64,000 nt of DNA from Vitrella brassicaformis CCMP3155 (lineage: Eukaryota; Protista; Chromerida): positions 186,001 through 250,000 of the forward strand of contig CDMY01000624.1 of NCBI GenBank assembly GCA_001179505.1, in the 5' to 3' direction. How positions within the stretch are numbered: the first letter of the stretch is position 1; each line of letters starts with the position of its first letter. Positions 26,012-36,882 of this stretch are shown piece after piece. The notes beneath the pieces are model-generated. The model did not search any database and had not been told where the DNA came from. It was given only the letters and a program-made list of their open reading frames with translations. The position numbers and the translations under genes were made by a program.

Positions 26012-26788
26012 ATGAAAAACCTGACTGGCAATGGTACAGCAAACATCGCAGACGGGCGATGGATGCAGCAAGGGTTCTGTACACTCATGCAACTCACACA
26101 CGCCCTCAGCAGCTCAGCAAGGGTTCAGCTTATCGAGGCAGAGCGACAGGTCAGGCAGCAGCAGGAGCGGCTTGCTCATGCAGATCTCGAGAGGCGGCTG
26201 GCAGCTGTGGAGAGGCAGCAGGCGGCCTGGCGCGATGAGCAGCAGACAGCCACCATCAGGCAGCTGCAGGACAGCAACGCGGCGATGATGCAGGCCAAGA
26301 TAGATGCGCTGGAGGCGCAGCTGGTGGAGGGTCACACGGCACTGGCCGAGAGTGAGGAGCGGGTGAGGACAGCCCGACCCGATGTCGAGGCGCTAAAGGC
26401 GGAGCTGGCGCAGCAGCGAATTTCCAAGACAGCTGCCGAGGCGCAGCTGCGTGAGCGGGATGGAAAGCTCAGCCGTGCGCAGAAGGACATTGAGGCGTTC
26501 AAGGCCGAGATGGCGGGAAAACAAAAGTGGCTGACCGAGGCTGAGAGGACCATCAAGACCCTGCAAGCGAAGCAGAAAGGAGATGAACCACCCGCCACCT
26601 TTTTTGTCGTTTTGGGCTTGTTTGGTAGTCTTTGTGTCCTGTCCTGCGGCAAGGTACTTGCCTGCCCTGCCCCATTCTTTCCATCACTCCTCGACCTAGC
26701 GAGCGTGGTGATGAGCGTTTTGGGGCTGCTTTGTGTGAGCATCACAGAGGCGGCTCAGCAGCCGGGAGTTGGACGGCGTGACTGCTGA
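26012..26788 (+). CDS. Intronless coiled-coil ORF (about 258 aa), possibly a gene fragment or pseudogene
   Basis: Heptad-rich E/Q/A/K/L sequence (LIEAERQVRQQQERLA..KQKWLTEAERTIKTLQAKQK) with high GC3, then a non-coding-looking hydrophobic tail. Confidence 0.45.
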   Translation: MKNLTGNGTANIADGRWMQQGFCTLMQLTHALSSSARVQLIEAERQVRQQQERLAHADLERRLAAVERQQAAWRDEQQTATIRQLQDSNAAMMQAKIDALEAQLVEGHTALAESEERVRTARPDVEALKAELAQQRISKTAAEAQLRERDGKLSRAQKDIEAFKAEMAGKQKWLTEAERTIKTLQAKQKGDEPPATFFVVLGLFGSLCVLSCGKVLACPAPFFPSLLDLASVVMSVLGLLCVSITEAAQQPGVGRRDC

Positions 26789-27996
26789 AAACAAGAACAA
26801 GGGTGGCTGATAGGACATGAAGGGCACTGAAGACAGAGCGATCCTTTTCCTCTCTGTGACTGATGAATGGATGGATGGTCTTCTGGCTGATGTCGTGGTG
26901 TGTCGTGAGTGTGCCGTGCCTGCCCTTCCTCTGATGATCAGAGGTTGCTAAATCTCCTGGTCGGCGATTCGTACAGGCAGGCAGGCAGATCGATCGATCA
27001 TATGCATTTTTGCTATCCTGCCTGTACCATCGTTCACACGTATGGCAAGTGTGCATCTGCATCTGTTACTCATTTTGCGTAGCGAGCAGATGGATGAGGC
27101 CGGCAATATGACAGCGTGTGGCTGTGTAGCTGAGACCTTACCTTGCATGTCATGTGTGTTTATCTATTGACTGGTTTATCAATGCAGTGGCGTGACAGAC
27201 AGACAGATATGAATGAATATGGTCAAACGGAGCGGCGTGATCGACCGACCACTAACTCCCTTATCCACACATCACATCACATCACATCACATCACATCAA
27301 GCGGCGGCACAGCAGTCTCTCCCGCCATTTTATCAACCAGCCCTTCTCGTAGAGGTGGGTGTTTTGAGTGGGTGTATAGTGGCTTTCTAGTTTCTGTTTC
27401 GTGTGTGTGGACCACCACCAATCGAGACATCGAAGGGTTCATCGATCACATGCTTGTCAGTCAGTCACTCAGTAAGTCAGTCACGGCACACAGACACCAG
27501 CTGCACCAACACGTGAATTCACTCGTATACAGCTATTCACCGGCAGGCAGGCAGACAGCGGGTGAGCCATCCACAACAAATTCACGTCAGTGACGCCCGA
27601 CTGGATGAGTGCCACTGAGCGAACACATCATGAGTGACTCACACCGACCGGTGCCTGTCCATCTGCTGGCCTGCCTCTCATCGATCCATCCTTCCATCCA
27701 CGCACGACAAGCAGGACCAGGTGAGGCAGCGACACCAATCTATTCATGCGCACATCAAAACCTGCCCGCCCGCCTGACTGTCTTCCCCTCATCCATCCAT
27801 CCATCGACCAATCGACGTGCCCCGCTCGCTTATCTCACGTCAGCTGCAGCGGTCTGAAGGTCGCTCTGCCGTCCCGGCCCCTCTCGACCCACCCCAGCTG
27901 CTGCCACTGGAACTGGCAGTCGTCATCCCCCAGGTGCTCGTTGAAGCCCTTGACCAGCCCCGCCACGCCATGCTGGGACGCCTCGTCCAGCCGGGC

Positions 27997-28296
27997 NNNN
28001 NNNNNNNNNNNNNNNNNNNNNNNNNNNNNNNNNNNNNNNNNNNNNNNNNNNNNNNNNNNNNNNNNNNNNNNNNNNNNNNNNNNNNNNNNNNNNNNNNNNN
28101 NNNNNNNNNNNNNNNNNNNNNNNNNNNNNNNNNNNNNNNNNNNNNNNNNNNNNNNNNNNNNNNNNNNNNNNNNNNNNNNNNNNNNNNNNNNNNNNNNNNN
28201 NNNNNNNNNNNNNNNNNNNNNNNNNNNNNNNNNNNNNNNNNNNNNNNNNNNNNNNNNNNNNNNNNNNNNNNNNNNNNNNNNNNNNNNNNNNNNNNN
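27997..28296. other. Assembly gap (300 N); true size probably about 10 bp
   Basis: Both flanks match the paralogous sequence at 63.9 kb, where they are separated by only 10 nt (63953-63962). Confidence 0.9.
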
Positions 28297-28334
28297 ACCT
28301 CACGCACACCCAGCAGCCGATGTTGTCCGTCCTG

Positions 28335-30345
28335 CTATCCCGCATTGATGGCGAAGCACTGCAGCGGCATCCGCACCATCTCGCCGCCCACATCGGCCAT
28401 TCCGCCCACCACCTCCCTGTTGCTGCTGGCCTCGTACACTCCCGACCAAACGAAGTGCTCGACAGCCGCACGCACACGCCGGGCCATGGCGGAGTGCCGC
28501 AAGCCGATGGCCTCAGTGATGGTCTGGGTGGCGGCCGCCATGTCGAAGAGGTACGATGCGAGGCGCCAGGCGAAGATGGGGGCCTCCTGCGGGCCGACGG
28601 CCAGCCGGGGGGCGAGCAAGGCCGCGAGCGACCGCTGAGGGGCGAGGACGGCGTTGATGGCACCCATGACGTCATCCGGCAGATTGTTGAGCACTGTCGC
28701 ATACTCGGACAGAACCAGCTGCTGGCGACGACGGTGATGTTGGTCGGTGGCTGTGGGCATGAGGCCGATGTCGGCGCCCGCCTGGAGCAGCACGGGGATG
28801 GTGTTCTGGAGGCTGGGGATCTGGATGGTGAGCCGGTCCCTCTCGGCCTGTTCCGTGTTGTTGTCCTGCAGCTGCTGTGTGTCGTCATCGAGCCGTATGG
28901 CAGCGACGGTGAGGGGTGTGCTGGTGGAGGCATTTGGCAGCCCTCTGCTGATGTCGGCAGCGGCGAGGCGGCGGCAGAGAGACGCAGCCACACGGTGGGA
29001 GCCGCAGTGCGCCACGTAGTGCAATGGCGTCAGCCTATCGCTGCTCACGGCCGTGATGTCCGCCCCATTGGCCACCAGTAGGTCGATGTAGCTCTCGATG
29101 AAGTGCTGGGACCAGACAGGAGACGTCATGGCCGCCCAATGCACCAGGTTGGTGCCATTCGGGCCCCGCTCGGTTGCGAGTGTGCTGTCACGCTGGACGA
29201 GCTCCCGGTAGAAGGACAGCAGGATGGCCTCGTGGGCCTCAGTCGGCTGATCCGTCGGCAATGTGAACGGCAGCAGCATCACCCGACGCCCCCGCAGCTG
29301 GATGCCTGGAACAGACAGACAGACAGACAGACGTTTCGACGTCCATCGTGTTGTGTGTTACGTGTCGTGAGTGCTGTGAATGGGTGTGCACCTGGCTGGC
29401 CCATCAGGAGGTCAAAGGCCTCCCGGTTGCACGAGGCGATGGCCACTCGGATGGGTCTAGCCACTCCCGCACCCCTGTTGATGTCCGCCCCTCTCTGGAT
29501 CAGGCTTCGCATGACGGCGAGCTGGAGGCCGGGCGTCTCCCACGTGGGCATGGCGACGGGAGAGTAGTCACCGCCGTCGCCTGCCCAGATGGACGGCAGA
29601 CTGTTGTCAGTGAGGTTGTCGATGCACAGCGACAGCCGCGGATAAAGTACACAGCCGCCCGTAGTGCCCGCCACCCGCAGCCATGCCTCCACATTGAGGT
29701 CGGCTCCCTGCTCCTGAATCAGCTGCGTCACCTGCTGTTCGCCAGCGATGGTGCGGCGAATGATGGCCGCGGACAGCCGTCTGCTGGCGTCACTGGTGCC
29801 ACGGGGGAGGCAGACGTCTATGCCGTTCTCCAAGCTCTTCCAGCCCGGTGGTAACGGCACACCTGTTGCCGGACAGACAATCAGACAAGATTGTTAACGA
29901 TGAGTGAAGGGCGATTCTGATTTGTGTGTCGGTGTGTCTGTCGGCGTCTACCTCTGTTCTGTCGTGTCCGGCTCTGCCCGCTGCGCTGCTGCCCACCAAC
30001 ACAACAACCAACACTGCCAACACCTCCACCTGCACCCAAGCCAAAAGAGGACAGTGAGGCACACACCGACGGCGGGTGCTCCTCGTGTGTGTTGCATTAT
30101 TGTTACCCACCGCTATCAGCAGCGCTGCGATCTGGTCCGTCTGGGTGTGCGCTGCCGCCACCGGTGGTCTCCTCCTCGACTACATCGTCTGCAAAGGAAC
30201 ACGCACATCCACACACACGACGCTTGGCGATGATACGCTGTGTCTGTGATGTGGTGCATCTGTCTGACTTGAGTGTACCTTCATCGCCATCGCCACCGTC
30301 CGCCGGGCCAGCGGAGGCCATGTCGGTGTCGGGACGACCAGACAT
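28335..30345 (-). CDS. Ankyrin-repeat family protein, copy 1; frame continues past the TAG to a TGA at 27835
   Basis: Short 5' exons (MSGRPDTDMASAG..), then PLPPGWKSLENG..LIQRGADIN..RPIRVAI, then a long exon with NLVHWAA..LLVANGADITA..LTPLHYVA..TPLTVAA..VLLQAGAD (ankyrin TPLH/GAD motifs). Confidence 0.85.
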
Positions 30346-30589
30346 CACTCACACCCACACAGAGCTGCACCATGAAGCAACAGACAGACACAGATGGGCG
30401 GCCACCTTGTGTGTGTTGTGCGCATCAGTGCTGTGCTTGCCTATCAAAGGTATCAGTTGACAGCCAGCCCTACACACACGGTCTCACTCAACCAACCAGT
30501 CCGCCCGTCGGCAAGGCAGACCTGAAGACCAACAACACACCTGCGACACACACAGGCACACAGACAGCAAACAGCTCACCGTGGTGTGC

Positions 30590-30945
30590 TTGTGAGTGAG
30601 CCAATCGCCGCATCTTCTCGCTCACCATCGAACGAGAAGCCGCTACGTGGCGATAGCGTTAAAATAGCGATGGTCCGCCGGCAGGAGGGCGTTGGACGAA
30701 CACAGACGGATACGGCCGAGCGATGGACAGATGGACTCGTCCGCTCGGCAGGTCCTCACTGTCCTCGCTGGCTCACCAAGAGGACCTCTCAAGCGCGAAT
30801 CGTGACTTCTCCCCGCCCTATCTCCGGCTCGCATCGATCAGCTTGCAGGTCGGCAAAGGAGTGCGAAGGAGCCCTTCTGGTGGGCTCACAGGACTCGTCA
30901 GGAGCCAATGATTCAGGCGCAGGGAGCCCCAATCACATTGGATGA
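30590..30945 (-). promoter_or_regulatory. Conserved upstream element of ankyrin copy 1
   Basis: Alignable by eye with 35520-35825 and 61433-61710; core AAGGAGCCCTTCTGGTGGGCTCACAGGACTCGTC at 30866-30899. Confidence 0.65.
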
Positions 30946-31400
30946 GTTGCTTACGGTGGAAAGGGGAGCTCACATGGCTGCCTCTGCGTGAGTGCTGTGT
31001 TGTGTGTCATATGAATGGCCCCTGTACATGATTCACAGACTCATATATGCACACAATGTCTGTGAACGTACATGAAGCTCATCAGGATGCGTGTGAGTCA
31101 GTCAGTGCTATAGACACCCCTGCTGCCGTCGCTCCCCACCGCCCCGTGCAGCTGTCTACCGAGACCGTCGAACTCACGAGCCTGGCTGTCTGTCAGTCAG
31201 TTGCTCACGTGGCTCAGCTTTTGAGCACGGTTGCCGCGGCCCTCCTTGTCCGCAGTGGTGACATACACGTAATACATAGCATCGATCTCATGACATGGAA
31301 GAGCTACACAGCCCCCAGTTTGCTACACGCCCTCGTAGCTTCCCTTCCCTCCCGCCCGCCATCTCGCGCATGTGCGTGCGTTGGCAGGCGGGCAGGAAGG

Positions 31401-34400
31401 TCATGTGATTGGCTGATCGGCCCACTGCCGCACCTCATCGCGCGACCCGGCGAACACCACCTTGGTCTTGCACTGCTCACACAGGTACTCCGGCTCGTCC
31501 AGCAGCTCCACCAACGGTATCTTCTCCTCCTTCTTGCGGCCCTCGTTCTGTCTCTTGATGCCCTCGTTCTCCTCACGCCGCCGCGCATTCTCCGCCCGCA
31601 CCTGGTGGAGGTCCCGCCGCCACTTGCTGCAGCGTTGGTCATAGCACTGGCGACACAGTCGCAGGTGTCTGCAGGGCATGTACATGACCGATGGGGGCGC
31701 GTCGAGGCAGATGGCACACTCACGCCCATCTCCCTCTGGCTGGGCCGCTCCCGGGGGCTGCTGCTGCTGCTGCTGCTGGGGGGAAGGCTGCTGTAGCGGC
31801 AGAGGGGCACTGGAGCTGCTGGACGATGACGGCTGGTGCTGCTGGGCGGCAGTGGTGGTGAGCTCGGCAAGCCTGACAGACCGACGAGACCGTTGCGTTT
31901 CGTTCTTATGTGCTGTGTTGTGGGATGTGAGTACCTTCGCTTGAGCTCCTCATTCTCGCGCTGCAGCTGAGCCTCGCGCGACGACCCGCCCAACCTGCAC
32001 ACACACCCACACACACAACGCCACAGCAAGGCATGGGAATCCGATCCGTCCCATCCGTGCGTCAATGTCCATGTATGTGTGCCACCCACCTATCATTCAC
32101 ACCACCAGCAGCACCAGCACCAGCCGAGGCTCCCTCTCCACCCTCATCATCATCCAATGGCCTGACCACACACACGCAAATCGAATGACGTGACGATCCG
32201 CACATCGTCGCTTTGTGTGTTGGTGTGCCTGCCTACCCTAGTGGCTCTTGGTATGGTGTTGCGGCTGCTGCTGCTGCGGCCGCCGGAGCTGGTGGTGCAG
32301 CACTGGGATGGCCGTAGCTGCTGGACGAGGGACAGGCATCAAAGGCGCACCTGACACAATACAGAACAAACATGGCAATTAGATGGCGGCTGTGCCGCGT
32401 GTGTTGATTGAGCGTCTGTGCGCACCTCAGCCCATGCAATTGCGAGAAACGGGGCTCATTCTGACTCAACGAAGCTCCAAACGACCTGATACGATGCACG
32501 AACAACAACCACCACCGATGTGTGCGTGAGCTGTCCTGATGTCGGCCTGGCTGTTCCCTACTTGGGACACTTGACGAGTGGCGGAGGACCCCGGTGACGC
32601 GACGGACAATCCACACTCGACGAGGAGGGAAGCAAGCCGTCACTGACACAAAGAGAGACGACAACACACACCAACACCATTCCTTGTGCCCACCAATCTA
32701 TCCCCTTCTCTGTGCCTGTCTGCTTACGGCTGCTGTGGCCCATGCGCTGGATGCGGGAATGGCCCATCGGCACCGCTCGCCGGTCTGTGTGCAGGTGGCA
32801 GGGGCCGAGGGGGTGGGGGCGGGTGAGAGGGACTCGACGACACGAACGGTCGCCGCTTGCCCGACTGGCACAGATCCTCAGCTGACGGCAGACGGGGAGG
32901 GGGAGGGGCCGGCCGAGACGACAGGGATGGTGCAGCACCAGAGAGGCCCAGCCCGCTGCCTCTTCCCAACTTGCTGTCTGCTGATGGGCCCGGCAGCCGC
33001 TCCTCGCCCGGCGTCTGGTCGGCCATCGACACACCGCTGGGGCGAGAGAGCAGAGGGCGATCGTGGGGCTGGTGGGATCGAGACTTATCGGCTGAGGGCG
33101 GCAGATTCGTCTGTTGCTTGGCTGTGGGGGGCTGGAAGGGCGAGAAGGGGTGACAGGGCGGCCCTTTGGCGTGGGCAGCTGGGTGGGACTTGGTGGGGGC
33201 CGCCTTCTGCTTGGGGTTGATGGCCTGCGCATGGCTTTCGACGGTGCGTTGGGCGAAGGCCGACCCCAACAGTAGGGCGTCGATGTCCTCATCGTTGGAA
33301 GTTGGCTGGTCGTCATTGGCTGCCCCAGTGCTGTCCGCCTGGTCGTCTTCGCCGCCCGGCGGGCTGCTGGTGGCGGCTGTGCTGTGCTGCCCCTTGCCCC
33401 GCTTGCCCTTACCCTTCTTGCCCTTCGCCTTAGCCGCCTCCTTCTTCTTGTTTGCCGCCTCCTCCTCCTCTCTGATGAGGGCCTCCGCGTTGGCGTCGGC
33501 CTCCCTCTGTTGCCGCGCCAAGTCGGCCGCTGTGGGGGCCTCGTTGGCCTCTCGTGTGGCCTGCCGCCTCTTGTGCCTGTCGCGCTGCTCTTTCATCTTT
33601 TGCAGCCGCCCCTGCGCCTCGATGGTGGCGGGGCGCCGGTCGGGAATGGGCAGCTCATTGGGCGCCGCGTTGCACTCCGCCAGCACCAGCTGGCGACGGC
33701 GGCGGTCCTCCTCTGTGGCTGTGGGCAGCAGGGAAATGTTGGCACCGGCCAACAAGAGCACGCGGATGATGAGGATGAGGTCGCTGAAGCGGTCTCCCAG
33801 CCGGTCCCTCTCGGCCTGCTCCGTGTTGTTGTCTTCCAGCCGTTGGATGTCGTCATCGAGCTGTCGGGCAGCGACGCCAAGGGGTGTCTCGTCGCCAAAG
33901 AGCGTCCCTCTGTCGATTCCAGCAGCGGCGAGACGGTGACACAGAGAGGCAGCCACACGGTGGGAGCCCTTCGAGGCCGCGGTGTGCAGTGGCGTGCAGC
34001 CAAGGATGTCTGTCGCCTCGATATCCACCCCATTGGCCACCAGCAGGTCTATGTAGCTCTCGATGAACTGCTGAGAATAGACTGAAGGGGACTCGGCCGC
34101 CACATGGACCAGGTTGCCGCTCATTGGTGACAGCTCGGCTGCGAGTGTGGAGTCTCGCTGGATGAGCTGCCGGTAGAAGGACAGCAGAGCAGCCTCGTGA
34201 GCCTCAGTCGGCTGATCCGTCCTGAATGTGAAGGCCAGCGCCATAACCCGCCGCCCCCGCAGCTGGATGCCTGGAACAGACAGACAGACAGACAGACGAA
34301 CATCAGTGTGTGTCAGGTGTCGTGAGTGCTGTGAATGGGTGTGTACCTGGCTGGTCTATCAGGAGGCGGAATGCGGCCGGGTTGCACGCCCTGATGGCCA

Positions 34401-35237
34401 CCCTCAGAGGCGTACACGGAGCGTGCCCCGTCCCCGCACCCCCGTTGATGTCGGCACCGCTCTCGATGAGGGCCTGCATGACGGCAACCTGTAAGCCGAT
34501 CGTCGGCCACATCCGCATCGCCACCGGGGCGGGGATTTCGCCATCATGGGATGCCCAGATCGCTGCCACGCTGTTGTTGGTCATGTTGTCGATGGCCAAA
34601 GACAACAGCGGGTAGGCTGTGTAGATGCCCGTGAGGCCGTCCGCCACCTGCAAGCCAGGCTGCACATTGGGGTCGGCTCCCTCCTGCTGGATCATGTCCG
34701 TCACATGCTGTGGGTGAGTGACGGTGCGGCGGATGACGGCCTCTGACAAGGTCATGCTGACACCGAGAGGAGTGACGGCTTTGAATCTGGACACCCAGCC
34801 AGGTGGTAGAGGCGGACCTGTGTCCGACACAGCGTCCATAGGGAATGCGTGTTGTGTCTTGGTTTGTTCGCTCACCGCTATCCTGTCGGTCCTGGCCCTG
34901 CCCCTGACCGCTGCGATTCGGTGCGCTGCCCTGCTGCCCACTAAAAGCCATACCGAGACCCCCACTAACACGGCTAACACCTCTGTAATTTCCTGCACAC
35001 ACAACATTACTTATGACATCGACCCAGCAAGCGTAAGCGTGCTGCTGGTGTGTGCTGGGTGGGTGCATGTGGCCACTCACCACCGTCAACGCCCATGTGG
35101 TTTTCTTCTGCTTGCCCGTCGCTGCTCTCCTCGTCGCTGCTCTGCTGCTCCTCGGTAGCAGCGACGTAGGCGATGCATTTGTGGCGACTGACACGCTGCA
35201 TTTGTGGCGTACCATCGCCGTGACGGCGGCCCGACAT
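31401..35237 (-). CDS. Ankyrin-repeat family protein, copy 2: ankyrin module + coiled coil + low-complexity linker + C-terminal RING finger (putative E3 ligase)
   Basis: Same exon structure and module as copy 1 (PPLPPGW..ALIESGADIN; NLVHVAA..ANGVDI..CTPLHTAA..ETPLGVAA). 3' exons join in phase (..ENEELKRR|LAELTTT..QQQPPGAAQPEGDGR) into ECAICLDAPPSVMYMPCRHLRLCRQC...YLCEQC. Exons at 32.2-32.7 kb are not fully resolved. Confidence 0.75.
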
Positions 35238-35519
35238 CACACAGACAGACAGAGCTGCACCATGGACCACACGCACGCACACAGAGATGGGCAGGCCCGC
35301 CCTTGGTGCATGTGTTGTGTGCATCAATCAAGGCTTGCCTATCAATTCTGTGAAGTTCTGTCGGCGGCAGGCCAGCCGTACACGGTCGCTCACTCAATCA
35401 ACCGCTCCGCCCGTCGACAAGGCAGACCGGAAGACCACACACAAATCACCATGATGCGCTTTGTCCATAGACTTGTGGTCAAGTATGACCAGTATTTGCG
35501 TCTCCCCTACTCCCTCACC

Positions 35520-35825
35520 ATCGGATCATTGGTCACCGTGTGACGAGAAGCGATACTGCAGCATGCGTGCGCTCACCAGCGATGGAAAGGCCGCTTGTGG
35601 ATACGCAAACGAACTCGTCCGCTCACGAGGGTCCTTAATGCGCCTCCACTGACTCATTAAGAGGATCTCTTAACCACAATTGTCCCCTTCTCCCCCTCTC
35701 TCAGGCTCGCATCGATACTTTGTCAGCCTTCGCTGACAAAGGAGTGCAAAGGAGCCCTTCGGTGGGCTCACAGGACTCGTCAGAAGTCAAGCACTCAGCC
35801 GCAGTCAGCCCCAATCACTTGGATG
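35520..35825 (-). promoter_or_regulatory. Conserved upstream element of ankyrin copy 2
   Basis: Core AAGGAGCCCTTCGGTGGGCTCACAGGACTCGTC at 35749-35781; perfect hairpin CTTTGTCAGC-CTTC-GCTGACAAAG at 35718-35741. Confidence 0.65.
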
Positions 35826-35973
35826 AATTACTGATGTGCATACGGCAGGTCACAAATCGGCGCCACACTCCCCAGCATCACGCAGTAGCAAGAGGGAATA
35901 GCCATCATATTCTAGCTGACAGACAGACAGGCAGCCGGCCATTGAACGCTCTCCATCAATGTGTCATCATCAA

Positions 35974-36851
35974 TCAGCGGTCTCTCTCATAGCCTATCAC
36001 TATATCTTGACCCTTCTTGTCTTCAGCTTCAGCCCCCACCCGCCGTTCCCTCTGCCTCTGTTGCCGCTGGGCCATTCGCTCGCGAATGAGGGCCTTTGGG
36101 TCGGTGACCGCCCTGGCCAGACTGCCCATCCGGGGGCCTCCAGTGCCGTAGTTGGTCCACGCACCGCCGTCCTTGGCATAGAAATCCATCGGATACACTG
36201 AATGAACACCGCACACCACACACACAGAGAGGCAGCCGAGCCAGACGTGTGTGTGCTCTGAGTGAGGGTCTGTCTGTGCGTGAGGCCGTCGGTCCGTCAG
36301 TGAGCGCACCGGTGCGGTAGTGTTCGTGTCCGAAAGCCACGAAGGCCTCGTATGGCGTGAGGAGCGGTTGGCTGTAGAACTGACCCCAATCCACCGACAG
36401 ACGCGGACACGCCACCTATCCGGTTGACACAACCACACATCCTATGCTATGTGGCTGCCTGCGGCTCGTGTGGTGTGTCTTGTCTGTCAGTCAGATGGCT
36501 CCTCCCTCCTTCTCCCGACTGACCTGTATGAAGGCATCGACGTGTTGGTGCATGTGCCTGAGGCGGTCGGGCAGCACCTCCGACATGAGCAGCACAAAGT
36601 AGGGCAGCTCTTTGGACTCGAGCAGCCTCTGCAGCTGCTCCAGTATGCCCACACTCCCCTGCCGCCCCAGGGTGCCCAGAATGAGCCCCACTGTCTTGGC
36701 CCCCCTGGCCGCCTCGATGGCCGCCTGTCTGTTGCGGTGAAGCGCAGCGTGCGCATACGACTCACGGAAGAACCTCTGTGGACCAAGGACAGAGACAGAG
36801 AGAGAGGGGAATACACATGCAGCCACCGCACCAACACACACACACCACACC

Positions 36852-36882
<31 letters not shown>

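Noticed and set aside
27266-27298. (ACATC)n tract as a telomeric or functional repeat
   Set aside because: A short simple repeat in a genome saturated with microsatellites; it does not match a known telomere motif.
29835-29860. WW domain suggested by PLPPGW in the ankyrin genes
   Set aside because: Only the first motif is present; the downstream YY/YF-x-N/D and second W-xx-P are absent.
30818-30870. Resemblance to 5.8S rRNA (TATCTCCGGCTCGCATCGAT) and SRP helix 8 (CAGGTCGGCAAAGGAG)
   Set aside because: The matches are short, do not extend, and are not retained in the paralogous copies; likely chance.
30720-30905. Hammerhead ribozyme (sense strand has CTGACGA-GTCC and a distal GGAC in copies 1 and 2)
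   Set aside because: GGAC is followed by GAGT rather than the required GAAA, no stem III/UH site was found, and copy 3 lacks the CTGA.
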